A stretch of 44,478 bases of DNA from a virus. The notes under the pieces are model-generated. The model made no database searches, was not told the DNA's origin, and saw only the letters and a list, made by a program, of their open reading frames with translations. The position numbers and the translations under genes are program-made. Positions 15,838 through 25,227 of the stretch are shown here, one piece after another (position 1 is the first letter of the stretch; each line of letters begins with the position of its first letter). The stretch lies in IMG/VR virus record IMGVR_UViG_3300029316_000009. One strand, 5' to 3'.

Positions 15838-16233
15838 GTGGCATTTTCGATAAGCAAATCAATAACTGATAGATACAAGATAAATGGGCTTCTCATCCCT
15901 CAGCCAGATGAGGACATGCAGTGTAATTTTGAGACCACCTATTCAGAAGGAAGTAACCGAACTCAAAAAGGAGTTGCGCTAATAACTCCACTTTTTACAG
16001 TTATGCAATATAGCTATAAAGCCACCAATGTGCCAGTTGATGAGAAATCAACTAATCTGGTAAATGCAATTATTAAAGGAAAGCCATTCATTTTACATCA
16101 CTGGTTAGCACACAAAAATGAATGGCGTTCAGAAAAGTTTTACGTGGGAAAAATGAATTACAACATAAAACAAGTTGGGGAATACTATTCCGAAATATCA
16201 TTTAATATGCAGGGGGTGAATCCACTTGATTAA
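15838..16233 (+). CDS. Small tail component (distal tail protein position)
   Basis: GTG start after GGGGGTGA, located between the tape measure gene and the large tail tip gene. Confidence 0.5.
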   Translation: MAFSISKSITDRYKINGLLIPQPDEDMQCNFETTYSEGSNRTQKGVALITPLFTVMQYSYKATNVPVDEKSTNLVNAIIKGKPFILHHWLAHKNEWRSEKFYVGKMNYNIKQVGEYYSEISFNMQGVNPLD

Positions 16234-19200
16234 TGTATCAAACACTTTTAAAGAAAAATTGCAGGACGGTGAGCAAGTAATTGAAATCGTGGATATCACC
16301 TTTGCTGACGGAACAACAAAGACACTTGAAAACGAGATTATGATCGGCAACAATGACTTTTCCGATTGTGCGGAGAGTAGTAGCTTCCCGGTCGGCGCTA
16401 CAGTTTGCAAAACAATGAAGCTTGAACTGGACAATACAGAGGATCAGTGGAAAGATTATAATTTCTACCAGGCAAAAGTTCACGCCTATTTGAAACTCCA
16501 GACTTCCGTGGCAGAACCAGCCAGTGAATCAATTTGGATGGATGATTTTTATGAGCCGATTTTAGACACTGATGGAAACAGCATAGTTCTGTCCAGAGCC
16601 GCGTCGGAAGACCGATATGAGACGATTGATAAGGGTGTCTATACAATTACCACGCCAGAGCAATATGGCGAAATATTGAGCTTTACGGCGCTAGACGACA
16701 TGTATAAAACCAACGCTAAATATTATAGCGCTCTGACACTTCCACAGACAGTTATAGCGCTGGTAAGAGACACTTGTGAGAGTTTAAATATCCCTATGGG
16801 ATTTTCTTCTATGGCGCATGGAAATGTTGTTGTTACGGCACTCCCAGATAATATGACATTCCGTCAGTTGATTGGATGGGCGGCAATGTTGGAGACGGCA
16901 AACGCCAGAATTGACAACAGAGGTTATTTGCAGTTTATAAAATGGAATTTTGGAGCTGTCGAAAACGGATCCTTAGTTCCATTTAAATTAGAGGATTACG
17001 TGAGTAGTCCTACACTTTCCAGTGATGATATTGTAATTACTGGTATCAGAGTAAAAAACAAAGAATCGGAATCCCTGTTTGGAACTGCTGGATATGTGTT
17101 GGAGTTAGAAAACAATCTTCTGTCTGACAGTGACCTCGGAACTGTAGCATCATGGATTGGCGGTAATCTGGTCGGGGCCAGATTCCGAAATCTGCAAGGG
17201 GATCTGATTTATAATCCTCTGTTAGAGTTTGGCGACATGGCATACAGTTTTGACCGAAACGGCAATAAATATCTCACACCTATTACCAATGTATCATCTC
17301 CGTTAAATGGCATTACCACTGTAAAAACGCAGGCAGATGATCCCATCCGAAATAGCAGCACATATATGTCGGAAGCTACAAAAGCACTGGTAGAAGCTAG
17401 ACAACTTGTTAAGGATGAACGCACAGAGCGCGAAAAAGCCGTTGAAAGGCTAGCAAATACGCTTAAGGAGTCTGGCGGGCTTTATATGACAGAAGATCCA
17501 CAGGACGACGGTAGTGTAATCTATTATATGCACAATAAGCCGACTCTGGAAGAATCAGATATTGTATGGAAACTCACGGCGGAAGCCATTGGAATTTCTA
17601 CAGATGGTGGAAAAACCTATCCTTATGGATTTACTGTTACAGGAGAAATGATTACAAGACTGCTATACGCCGAGGGAATCAATGCAAGCTACATCAATGC
17701 CGGCGCGCTGATCGTGCGTGACACAAACGGAAAAATTATCTTTTCAGCCGATATTGATAATAACCAGATTGTAATTGACGGCGCATCCGTGCGAATCGGT
17801 GCATCACCTTTGGACGGACTGTTAAACAGTATGCAAGGTCAGATTGACGGAAATATCAATACCTGGACCGGGACTCCTGCACCTACACTTAGCAATTACC
17901 CGGCAAACGAGTGGCTAACTGATACAGAAATGAGTAAGCATGTAGGTGATCTGTATTATGATGGAGACAGCCATGCTTACAGATTCCGCAATGATGGAAA
18001 AGGGTATTACTGGGAAAGATTAAAAGATACGGACGTAACAAAAGCATTACAGGATTCCGAGGATGCTTTAGCGGCAGCTAAATCCGCGCAGGAAGCGGCG
18101 GCTCTTGCCAAGAATATGACCTTGCAGCTGAGTAACGAATACCAGGGTGTTTCTGTTGACTCTGATGGAAATTATGGAACGTTTCCTAGTAACGTGAGTA
18201 CACAGGCGGTCGTAATGTACGGAACACAGGATATTACATCTGATTGCAAATTTACAATTATCAAATCAGATAGTGTAACAGGATCCTGGAATAATGCAAC
18301 CAAGACATACACAGTAACAGCATTATCCGCTGACGATGGATGGGTAGATATTAAAGCAACATATATCAGTGTTCTATCAGTAGTTAAGAGATTTTCGCTG
18401 GCTAAAATTTACGCCGGCAAAGATGGCGTTGACGGCCTCCAGGGACCGAAAGGAGATCAGGGTATTCCAGGCGTATCCCCATCAATACGATACTCTTCTA
18501 TGCCGAATGGCGAGGACATGACGGATAATCCTCAATATGTACTTTGGCTTGATTCCGATGGGAATGTTATTTGTGATACAGATGGGAACGCTATTTGCAT
18601 TTCACTTGAAGAAATTCCCTATATTGGATTTTTAAAATCTGGAGCAGAAGTGGGAAGTAATAACCCATCAGATTACACTTGGAGCAGATACCAAGGTTCT
18701 AATGGATTATCCCAGCGAACACACTTAGCCTATGCAAACAGTGCTGATGGAAAAACAGATTTCTCTGTGTCGGACAGTAATCGTGAGTATATCGGTATGT
18801 ATGCGGATTTTACCGAGCAAGATAGTACTAATCCAGATGATTACGCGTGGACACTTGTAAAAGGCGCGAATGGCGCACAAGGTATCCCTGGAAAAGCAGG
18901 TGCGGACGGAAAGACGCCATATTTCCACATAGCTTATGCGAATAGTGCGGACGGAAAAACTGGCTTTGATGTAGTTGTCAGTGCCGGAAAGCAGTATATT
19001 GGCCAATATACTGATTACGACACGCCGGATGATTCCATTGACCCGACAAAATATAGCTGGACGAAGATAAAAGGTGAACAGGGCGATAAAGGAGAACAAG
19101 GTGTACCTGGCAGGACATATTTTATCGAGCTTTCATCTAATATCCTAAAACGAGGTCAGAATGACAAGGTTGTACCAAGTACAATTACGGCAAAAGCTTA

Positions 19201-20311
19201 TTATCGAGATGGCGACAGTGCTACAAGAACGGCATATTCCGGTAGATGGTATGTGCAGACTTCCACGGATGGCTCTACATTTACAAACGTATTGGTTTCA
19301 ACTGTAAATGAGCCGAGTAAAAGTTATACTGTTAGCTCACTGGATAGAAGCATTGTGTCTGTTAGATTTATCCTGTATGCAGCAGATGGAACTACAAATC
19401 AGCTGGATATGCAATCTGTCCCTGTGGTGATAGATGTGGACGCACTTACCCATGAAGAGATATTTAATCTTCTTACAAATAATGGTTCCATGAAAGGAAT
19501 TTATAAAGAGGGCAACCAGTTATATATTTCGTTCACTTATGCGAAGGGCGGAACGTTAAAGCTTGGCGGTCCAAATAATGGGTATGGCACCTTTGAGGTG
19601 TACGACGCGAATGGAAATATAATAGCTCAAATAGATAACTCGGTTGGGTTTAAAAACTTCAAGGGAAAAGAGTGGTTCCAGATAAATGAGTCTGTAGCTA
19701 CAGCTGGTTACGATTCCTCCCTTGTTCATGGACTTCTTGATTTATCCGCGCAATACTCTGATGGATATTGGACTGTTTTGGAGAGCAAACAAGCTGGTCT
19801 TCTTTTAAAAACGGTATCCAGAATGAAAGTGGAGACAACCGGAAGCAGTTCTCTGACTCTCAATGTGCCAGAAATGCCTAAGCTTATAACCGGTAGTAAC
19901 TTGGGAAAAAATAATAATGGAGATGTTGGAACAATTGCGTCATCCTCTATGCATTATAAAGTACTCGGGAAAACCGTAAAGGAAGACGAACTGGAAGACC
20001 TCTATAAAATCAAGGTAATCTGGGCGAAGTACAAAGACGGATATCTTATGGAACAAGACGAACGGTGCGGTAAAGAAATGCCAATGTTTGTTGCAGAGGA
20101 TATTGACCGCAGATTTCCAATTGCTGTTGACCATGATAAAAAGGGACGTGCTGAAAACTGGAACTATCGTATTATGATTCCTTGTATGTTTGCAATGCTG
20201 AAAAATGAGCATGAGAAAGTCAAAGATTTACAATCTGAGCTTGATTCCGTGAAAGCGGAGTTGAACGAATTAAAGCAACTTATCAAACAACATATTTCAA
20301 TGGAGGTATAA
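16226..20311 (+). CDS. Large tail tip / fibre protein with collagen-like triplets and a C-terminal S74-type intramolecular chaperone domain
   Basis: 1361 aa. G-X-Y runs (GKDGVDGLQGPKGDQGIPG, GEQGDKGEQGVPG) and repeated AYANSADGKT..Y.G.Y.D....P.DY.W...KG modules. The C-terminus (SSSMHYK...FVAEDIDRRFPIAV...NWNYRIMIPCMFAMLK plus a coiled coil) matches the endosialidase chaperone pattern. Confidence 0.85.
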   Translation: MINVSNTFKEKLQDGEQVIEIVDITFADGTTKTLENEIMIGNNDFSDCAESSSFPVGATVCKTMKLELDNTEDQWKDYNFYQAKVHAYLKLQTSVAEPASESIWMDDFYEPILDTDGNSIVLSRAASEDRYETIDKGVYTITTPEQYGEILSFTALDDMYKTNAKYYSALTLPQTVIALVRDTCESLNIPMGFSSMAHGNVVVTALPDNMTFRQLIGWAAMLETANARIDNRGYLQFIKWNFGAVENGSLVPFKLEDYVSSPTLSSDDIVITGIRVKNKESESLFGTAGYVLELENNLLSDSDLGTVASWIGGNLVGARFRNLQGDLIYNPLLEFGDMAYSFDRNGNKYLTPITNVSSPLNGITTVKTQADDPIRNSSTYMSEATKALVEARQLVKDERTEREKAVERLANTLKESGGLYMTEDPQDDGSVIYYMHNKPTLEESDIVWKLTAEAIGISTDGGKTYPYGFTVTGEMITRLLYAEGINASYINAGALIVRDTNGKIIFSADIDNNQIVIDGASVRIGASPLDGLLNSMQGQIDGNINTWTGTPAPTLSNYPANEWLTDTEMSKHVGDLYYDGDSHAYRFRNDGKGYYWERLKDTDVTKALQDSEDALAAAKSAQEAAALAKNMTLQLSNEYQGVSVDSDGNYGTFPSNVSTQAVVMYGTQDITSDCKFTIIKSDSVTGSWNNATKTYTVTALSADDGWVDIKATYISVLSVVKRFSLAKIYAGKDGVDGLQGPKGDQGIPGVSPSIRYSSMPNGEDMTDNPQYVLWLDSDGNVICDTDGNAICISLEEIPYIGFLKSGAEVGSNNPSDYTWSRYQGSNGLSQRTHLAYANSADGKTDFSVSDSNREYIGMYADFTEQDSTNPDDYAWTLVKGANGAQGIPGKAGADGKTPYFHIAYANSADGKTGFDVVVSAGKQYIGQYTDYDTPDDSIDPTKYSWTKIKGEQGDKGEQGVPGRTYFIELSSNILKRGQNDKVVPSTITAKAYYRDGDSATRTAYSGRWYVQTSTDGSTFTNVLVSTVNEPSKSYTVSSLDRSIVSVRFILYAADGTTNQLDMQSVPVVIDVDALTHEEIFNLLTNNGSMKGIYKEGNQLYISFTYAKGGTLKLGGPNNGYGTFEVYDANGNIIAQIDNSVGFKNFKGKEWFQINESVATAGYDSSLVHGLLDLSAQYSDGYWTVLESKQAGLLLKTVSRMKVETTGSSSLTLNVPEMPKLITGSNLGKNNNGDVGTIASSSMHYKVLGKTVKEDELEDLYKIKVIWAKYKDGYLMEQDERCGKEMPMFVAEDIDRRFPIAVDHDKKGRAENWNYRIMIPCMFAMLKNEHEKVKDLQSELDSVKAELNELKQLIKQHISMEV

Positions 20312-20315
20312 AACT

Positions 20316-20819
20316 ATGGCTAATAATATTTGGAGTAATTACACAGAAAAAACAGCAACACCAGTAGATGCAGATGAAGTAATGGTTCGTGATTCCACAG
20401 ACGGAAAAAACAAAAGACTTCTTTTTGGCACTTTCTGGAAGTGGGTAGCTAAGAAATTAAACGAGGCTACCATTTCGGAATTGCAGACTAGTAACAAGAC
20501 AATCATCGGGGCAATCAATGCACTAAATAGTGAGACAAAAAAATACATTAGTAAGGCTGAACATATAAAAACCGAAAATAATCGTTCTCAATATCGTATT
20601 GCACCAATCGTTTCAGATACGGGCGCATTATGCATTAATAGAGCTGGACTCTATCTTATAAAACTCGGACAAACTGGTGGAGTATTTAATTCTGCATCAA
20701 TTAAAAAAATTTATGAAGAGGGAAATGATGCAAAAATTCAAATTGATAAGGATGGAAAAGCTATAATTTTTGAATGCGATATATATTCCAATCCTATTTT
20801 TATTAGTGTTTTTAAATAA
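20316..20819 (+). CDS. Putative tail fibre / receptor-binding accessory protein
   Basis: It follows the fibre gene and has the N-terminal pattern TPVDADEVMVRDSTDGKNKRLLFGTFWKWV. The region looks AT-rich. Confidence 0.5.
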   Translation: MANNIWSNYTEKTATPVDADEVMVRDSTDGKNKRLLFGTFWKWVAKKLNEATISELQTSNKTIIGAINALNSETKKYISKAEHIKTENNRSQYRIAPIVSDTGALCINRAGLYLIKLGQTGGVFNSASIKKIYEEGNDAKIQIDKDGKAIIFECDIYSNPIFISVFK

Positions 20820-20832
20820 CCTTGTACAATTA

Positions 20833-21138
20833 TTACATTTTAAAATTGTAGAAGCTTCCTTTATCGATTTTGAAAAAACTTATTTTTCCTACATAATTTA
20901 AATAAAAACCAGCTCCGTATCCAGTATCATCTATTCCGAATACAATTAAATGTGGTGCACCTCCAACTAAATTTGCAGTAAGAATATAGCTTGCGGCAGT
21001 TGAAAAAGAATCCTTTTTCGCATTGAGCGCGGTTATAATATCATTAAAACCTCTATAATTAGCATTTTCGTACCTTGGTGTCTCACTATAGAGTTTATTG
21101 GAGAGATAAGAAAAAAATAACAAAACACTACCAAACAT
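20833..21138 (-). CDS. Hypothetical protein (101 aa), reverse strand
   Basis: An ORF with a hydrophobic N-terminus but no recognisable SD upstream. A palindrome, ATATGCT-N6-AGCATAT, lies at 21146-21165. Confidence 0.35.
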   Translation of the reverse strand: MFGSVLLFFSYLSNKLYSETPRYENANYRGFNDIITALNAKKDSFSTAASYILTANLVGGAPHLIVFGIDDTGYGAGFYLNYVGKISFFKIDKGSFYNFKM

Positions 21139-21186
21139 AAAATGAATATGCTATAATCAGCATATCAAAATCGGAACAACAAAAAG

Positions 21187-21226
21187 GGAGCTGAGTTCCC
21201 GACTACCAATCAAAAAACTCAGCTCC
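21187..21226. repeat. 11-bp perfect inverted repeat
   Basis: GGAGCTGAGTT (21187-21197) and AACTCAGCTCC (21216-21226) are separated by 18 nt. A T-tract follows on the minus strand. Confidence 0.6.
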
Positions 21227-21258
21227 AAGCACCACAAAGGGTACAGCTATATTATATA

Positions 21259-21298
21259 AAAATGTGGGGCTGAAATTCACAATTGCTCGCTGTATCAT
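21259..21298 (+). promoter_or_regulatory. Putative late promoter box AAAATGTGGGG upstream of the endolysin gene
   Basis: The 11-mer at 21259-21269 matches the boxes at 6334 and 41009. TATCAT lies at 21293-21298. Confidence 0.45.
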
Positions 21299-21327
21299 GT
21301 ACTTATCAATATGAAAGGAATGATATA

Positions 21328-22332
21328 ATGAGCAAATTACAGGAATTTTTAAACCTTGGTGATTATTACGCATCCAACGGCGGGTACCTTGAAAAGAAAA
21401 GTAATGCCTATCTGGATGATTTTAAAAAGAATGTAGGATACAACAACTATACCAAATTTGCACGTGATGTAAATTCCTGGGGGCAACCAGGATGCCAGGG
21501 GCAGCCGTGGTGTGCAGAGTACCAGTTTTGGAAATTGGTGAAAATCCTAGGAATCACAAAAGCCTTACAGATTATGGGTGGAGGTTTTTACAATTGTGTA
21601 TCAATCACTAATTGGGCTAAGAAAAAAGGTACTTGGCACAATGCTCCAAAGGTAGGTGCGCTTGTAATCTTCCGAAATGGCTCCCATGTGGCTGATATTC
21701 AGAGTTTTGATAGCTCGAGAATCTATACAAATGAAGGAAATACCTCTAGCGCGTCTGGTGTGGTGGCAAATGGCGGAGCGGTTCGCAATAAATCCTACTC
21801 CATCAACGATTCAGCAATAGACGGATATGTTTGGATTGATTGGGAAACCTACGAAAGTACCGCAACCTGGAAAAAAACAGGAACCAGAGTGGCGACTGTG
21901 AATGATTTATGCGTACGCGAGACACCGAATGGATATGTAATGGGTTCCATTGATAAAGATACTGTTGTTGATATTGATGGAAAGACAAGCGGAAAGTGGA
22001 CGCATGTAAAAGTTTCCGGTATCGGTATTGGCTGGATCTGGACTGGATATCTGGCAAAGGAGGGTGGCCCCGCATCCGCTACCATTACAGGAAAACAGGA
22101 CAAGACACAGGTGCTTTTCAAGGGGAATGTAACCGCCACTGTGCTTAATGTGCGTACCTGGGCTGGAACTGAGTACCCGAACATCAAAAAATATCCAACT
22201 CTTAACCAGGGAAATGAAGTGGAGGTAATGAATTTTACCCAGAAAGATAAAAACGGCAGCAAATGGTATTATATCTGTATCGCAGGAAAGTATTATGGCT
22301 TTGTATCTGCAAAATATGTTAAGAAACAGTAA
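21328..22332 (+). CDS. Endolysin: CHAP amidase/peptidase domain plus two SH3-like cell-wall-binding domains
   Basis: Cys motif GQPWCAEY, His motif NGSHVADI and NEGNTS. There are two C-terminal SH3b-like repeats. The ATG at 21328 follows GAAAGGA. Confidence 0.85.
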   Translation: MSKLQEFLNLGDYYASNGGYLEKKSNAYLDDFKKNVGYNNYTKFARDVNSWGQPGCQGQPWCAEYQFWKLVKILGITKALQIMGGGFYNCVSITNWAKKKGTWHNAPKVGALVIFRNGSHVADIQSFDSSRIYTNEGNTSSASGVVANGGAVRNKSYSINDSAIDGYVWIDWETYESTATWKKTGTRVATVNDLCVRETPNGYVMGSIDKDTVVDIDGKTSGKWTHVKVSGIGIGWIWTGYLAKEGGPASATITGKQDKTQVLFKGNVTATVLNVRTWAGTEYPNIKKYPTLNQGNEVEVMNFTQKDKNGSKWYYICIAGKYYGFVSAKYVKKQ

Positions 22333-22337
22333 AAATA

Positions 22338-22370
22338 TCCCGGGGAATTAGCCCCGGGAATTTCTTTTAT
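22338..22370. terminator. Bidirectional rho-independent terminator between the endolysin and integrase genes
   Basis: TCCCGGGG (22338-22345) pairs with CCCCGGGA (22352-22359), with A/T tracts on both sides. Confidence 0.8.
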
Positions 22371-22422
22371 TTAATTACTGATAACATCAATGAGCCAATT
22401 CGTCAGCACATAGAAGATATCA

Positions 22423-23997
22423 TTAATTATTCTTCTGGATTTTTGGGAAAATATCTAGCTGGAAACCAATCTCGTTGCCTTTCCCATAAGCGTTTTTAGT
22501 ATCTTTTGAGTAGGCAACCTTTTCAATCAAACTTTTAAGCATTTTATTCTTGGATTCTGTGTCAAGGCTCCAATAGTTATCAAGTAGCTCTTCACAGCGC
22601 GGGATAAAATCCGACTGTTGTTTTATAATGTTCTCGTAATGTTTGATTTCTTCTTTTAATTTTTCTATAGTATCGGAGCATGACTGGATAGATGCAGATA
22701 TTGTTTTGGCACGTTCAAGGAAAACCTCAGTGGTATAGATACCCTGTTCGAGTAGGTCATATTGTTTTGCTTTTTGGGCGTTTAAGCTTTCCAGCTCGTT
22801 TTCTTTTTCATGTATGAGATTTTGTTTAGAAATTATTGTTAAATCAATAGCCTGTGAAGATGTATTAATATCATTGTTTAACTTATATTTCTCCACAATC
22901 TCCCTAATTCCATCAAGCACAGCTTTTTCAACCAGAGATAACTTGCTGCTCACTGTGGGGCAAGACGTATATGGACACATGAGGGTATCTTCCTGCCCGC
23001 GCTTTTGATAAGGGCGGCGAACCATGGCGCGACCACATTTGCTGCAATAGACAATTCCGGCAAGTGGATTACGAATCGAGTTTGCTATACTAACTGGGCG
23101 AGGCGGGTTCTTTTTTCGTATTTCCTGGACGGAATTATACAGATCTTCTGATATAACAGCCGGATGTAATCCATTACAAATAAGAGTATCTTTTGATCGT
23201 GGGCGTGTCTTAATTACTTGACCAGTCTGTATAGTCTTCACTGTTTTTCTCCCATTCCATCGGATTTTCCCGATGTATACCGGATTTGTCAGAATTCCCT
23301 GTATACTGGCAGGAGTCCAGTCACCGCCCAGTGCAGATTCTATTCCCATTTCATTTAATTTCCGTGCAATCTTCGCAACTCCGATTTGTTCGCAGCCATC
23401 ACCGGCATACCAGGTGTAGATCATTTTTACAATCTCAGCTTGAGTCGGAACAGGTCGGAGAGTATAGCCTTTTTCTTTTTCGAGCTTAACTCTTTCGTAT
23501 CCGTAAGGTGGTTTGTTGCCGCAATACTTACCCTCTTTTACCGATGAGATTCTTCCGGCGTTCAGTCGGCGCTTGATGGTTTTATACTCTCTGCGGCTCA
23601 TAAATAGACCAAACTCAAAATATTCTTCATCAAATTCATTGTTTGGATCATATATTTTTGTGGGGGTAATAATTTTCGTGTCAGAATACTGGAAAGCCCT
23701 TGACACAATGCCTTGGTCAATAGTATCACCTCTGGCAAGTCGTTCAACTTCCACAACCAGAACTCCATCCCACATACCGGATTCTACCTCATGTAGAAGC
23801 TGCTGCATAACAGGACGGTCGGCGATAGTTTCTCCAGATACCACTTCGCGGTAAATTGCGCCCACAATGTACTCTTTTTTCTTTGCAAGATCTAACAGGA
23901 TCCGTTCATGTCTGGCGAGTGTTTCGCCCTCTCCGTGCGCTTCAGCTTCCCGATCGGCCCTGGATTTCCTTAGATAGATGCATACTGATTCATTCAT
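22423..23997 (-). CDS. int: Large serine recombinase (integrase)
   Basis: N-terminal resolvase domain (YLRKSRADRE with the catalytic Ser context, VVEVERLARGD), a recombinase domain, a Cys-rich zinc ribbon (CSKCG..CPYTSC) and a C-terminal coiled coil. 524 aa. Confidence 0.9.
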   Translation of the reverse strand: MNESVCIYLRKSRADREAEAHGEGETLARHERILLDLAKKKEYIVGAIYREVVSGETIADRPVMQQLLHEVESGMWDGVLVVEVERLARGDTIDQGIVSRAFQYSDTKIITPTKIYDPNNEFDEEYFEFGLFMSRREYKTIKRRLNAGRISSVKEGKYCGNKPPYGYERVKLEKEKGYTLRPVPTQAEIVKMIYTWYAGDGCEQIGVAKIARKLNEMGIESALGGDWTPASIQGILTNPVYIGKIRWNGRKTVKTIQTGQVIKTRPRSKDTLICNGLHPAVISEDLYNSVQEIRKKNPPRPVSIANSIRNPLAGIVYCSKCGRAMVRRPYQKRGQEDTLMCPYTSCPTVSSKLSLVEKAVLDGIREIVEKYKLNNDINTSSQAIDLTIISKQNLIHEKENELESLNAQKAKQYDLLEQGIYTTEVFLERAKTISASIQSCSDTIEKLKEEIKHYENIIKQQSDFIPRCEELLDNYWSLDTESKNKMLKSLIEKVAYSKDTKNAYGKGNEIGFQLDIFPKIQKNN

Positions 23998-24093
23998 TTT
24001 ATCATTCTCCTTTTTTTACTTGTGTGATAATCCAGGAGATGATATAATTATGGTGTAGGTAAGATTTTCTCCGGATTATCTTATTTATTAAAA

Positions 24094-24130
24094 CCGGTTC
24101 CTGTTGGTCGCAGGAGCCGGCTTTTTTATT
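24094..24130. terminator. Rho-independent terminator downstream of the 24133-24678 gene
   Basis: CCGGTTCCTG (24094-24103) pairs with CAGGAGCCGG (24111-24120, one G-U pair), with T-rich flanks in both directions. Confidence 0.7.
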
Positions 24131-24132
24131 AT

Positions 24133-24678
24133 TTATTCTATTTCATCAATATCAAGAGAATATCCAAAGACTTCTCCAACATCTGTACATTTCCCTTTTA
24201 AAGTAACTGTCTCTCCTTTGGTCATGGAAGCTACTTTTGTTTTTTGTTCATCATTTTTTATGTAGCATTGAACTCCGATAATCTCAAAGTCTCCATCAGC
24301 CATCAAGTTAATATACTTTCCAGAAGCGTCAATGTTTGTAAGTTTTCCAGTAATCTCAAGATATTTATCTTTGTATTTATCAGATGCTCCCATGGCATTG
24401 TTATCAAGATCTGCCATCATATCATTAACGGAAACAGTGGTATACTCGATCGGTGCAGCTTCTTTCTTTTCTGAAGAAGTAGCCGTTGTTGCACTTTTAC
24501 CTGATTCCGAATCACTTTCACCCGCTACAGCTCCGATGATCGCTCCGACAAGGATTATCAGCACAACCCATTTGAGCTTTCCACCTTTTAATTTCTTTCG
24601 GCACTGCGGGCATACTTTAGCGTCCGCCGGAATCTCTGTTTTGCAATACTTGCATTTCTTAGTTTTCTCTGTACTCAT
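24133..24678 (-). CDS. Zinc-ribbon / single-TM / extracellular OB-like domain protein (lysogeny-module membrane protein)
   Basis: CKYCKTEI..CPQCRKKL, then the TM segment WVVLIILVGAIIGAVAG, a S/T linker and a beta-rich C-terminal domain. AAGGAGG RBS. Confidence 0.75.
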   Translation of the reverse strand: MSTEKTKKCKYCKTEIPADAKVCPQCRKKLKGGKLKWVVLIILVGAIIGAVAGESDSESGKSATTATSSEKKEAAPIEYTTVSVNDMMADLDNNAMGASDKYKDKYLEITGKLTNIDASGKYINLMADGDFEIIGVQCYIKNDEQKTKVASMTKGETVTLKGKCTDVGEVFGYSLDIDEIE

Positions 24679-25227
24679 ACTACAGTTCCTCCTTATACTT
24701 TTGAGTTGATTCTAGCACATATTGTAAAGTTTTAGAATATTTTTGTTAAAATTTTTGTTTCGAAATTTGTCGGATTTATTTAAAACAGTGTAAAAATGTG
24801 CTATTATATACATCATGTAAAGTTGTTTTTGTCTAAAAAAAGAGGCGGTATTTTGAAATTAGCCAAAAAAGTTATAATTTTTGTCGGAATAATATTGATA
24901 ATCAGTTACATAGTTCATGTTCCGAGTCGGACACACAATCTCTCATGTAAAAATTCTACGGTCAGCCTTGTCCGGCAATCTAGCAGACATTCTACAGTCA
25001 GAAGGAGCGTTCCTAACCAGATACAGATTATTTTTGTGCTGCTATACCGTATAATTCCACGTAAAATGCATTTTATATTCGATAGTGCGAATATTTTCTT
25101 TGCAATTACGCACATTCTGGTTTATCACTGGCAGTTAGCAAGGAGGGATTTGTCTGCCGATGCCGTTTTATCGTACCAAAGATAATGTAAAAGAGAACAA
25201 ATGTTTTTGGACGGTAGGAGGTATAAT

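Noticed and set aside
18700-19100. Repeated modules in the fibre considered as a diversity-generating retroelement target and template pair.
   Set aside because: No reverse transcriptase gene anywhere in the genome. The copies are in-frame protein modules with differences not restricted to adenines.
20316-21280. Oppositely oriented ORFs after the fibre gene considered as an invertible host-range segment (Mu G / P1 C type).
   Set aside because: No shared N-terminal or C-terminal sequence between the two ORFs, no flanking inverted crossover repeats found, and no small invertase. The only recombinase is a large serine integrase.
24796-25185. 129-aa plus-strand ORF in the lysogeny module.
   Set aside because: There is no RBS at the listed start and the composition is non-protein-like (few D/E residues, R/S/I-rich). 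It is treated as non-coding or decayed; see the finding on 24679-25227.
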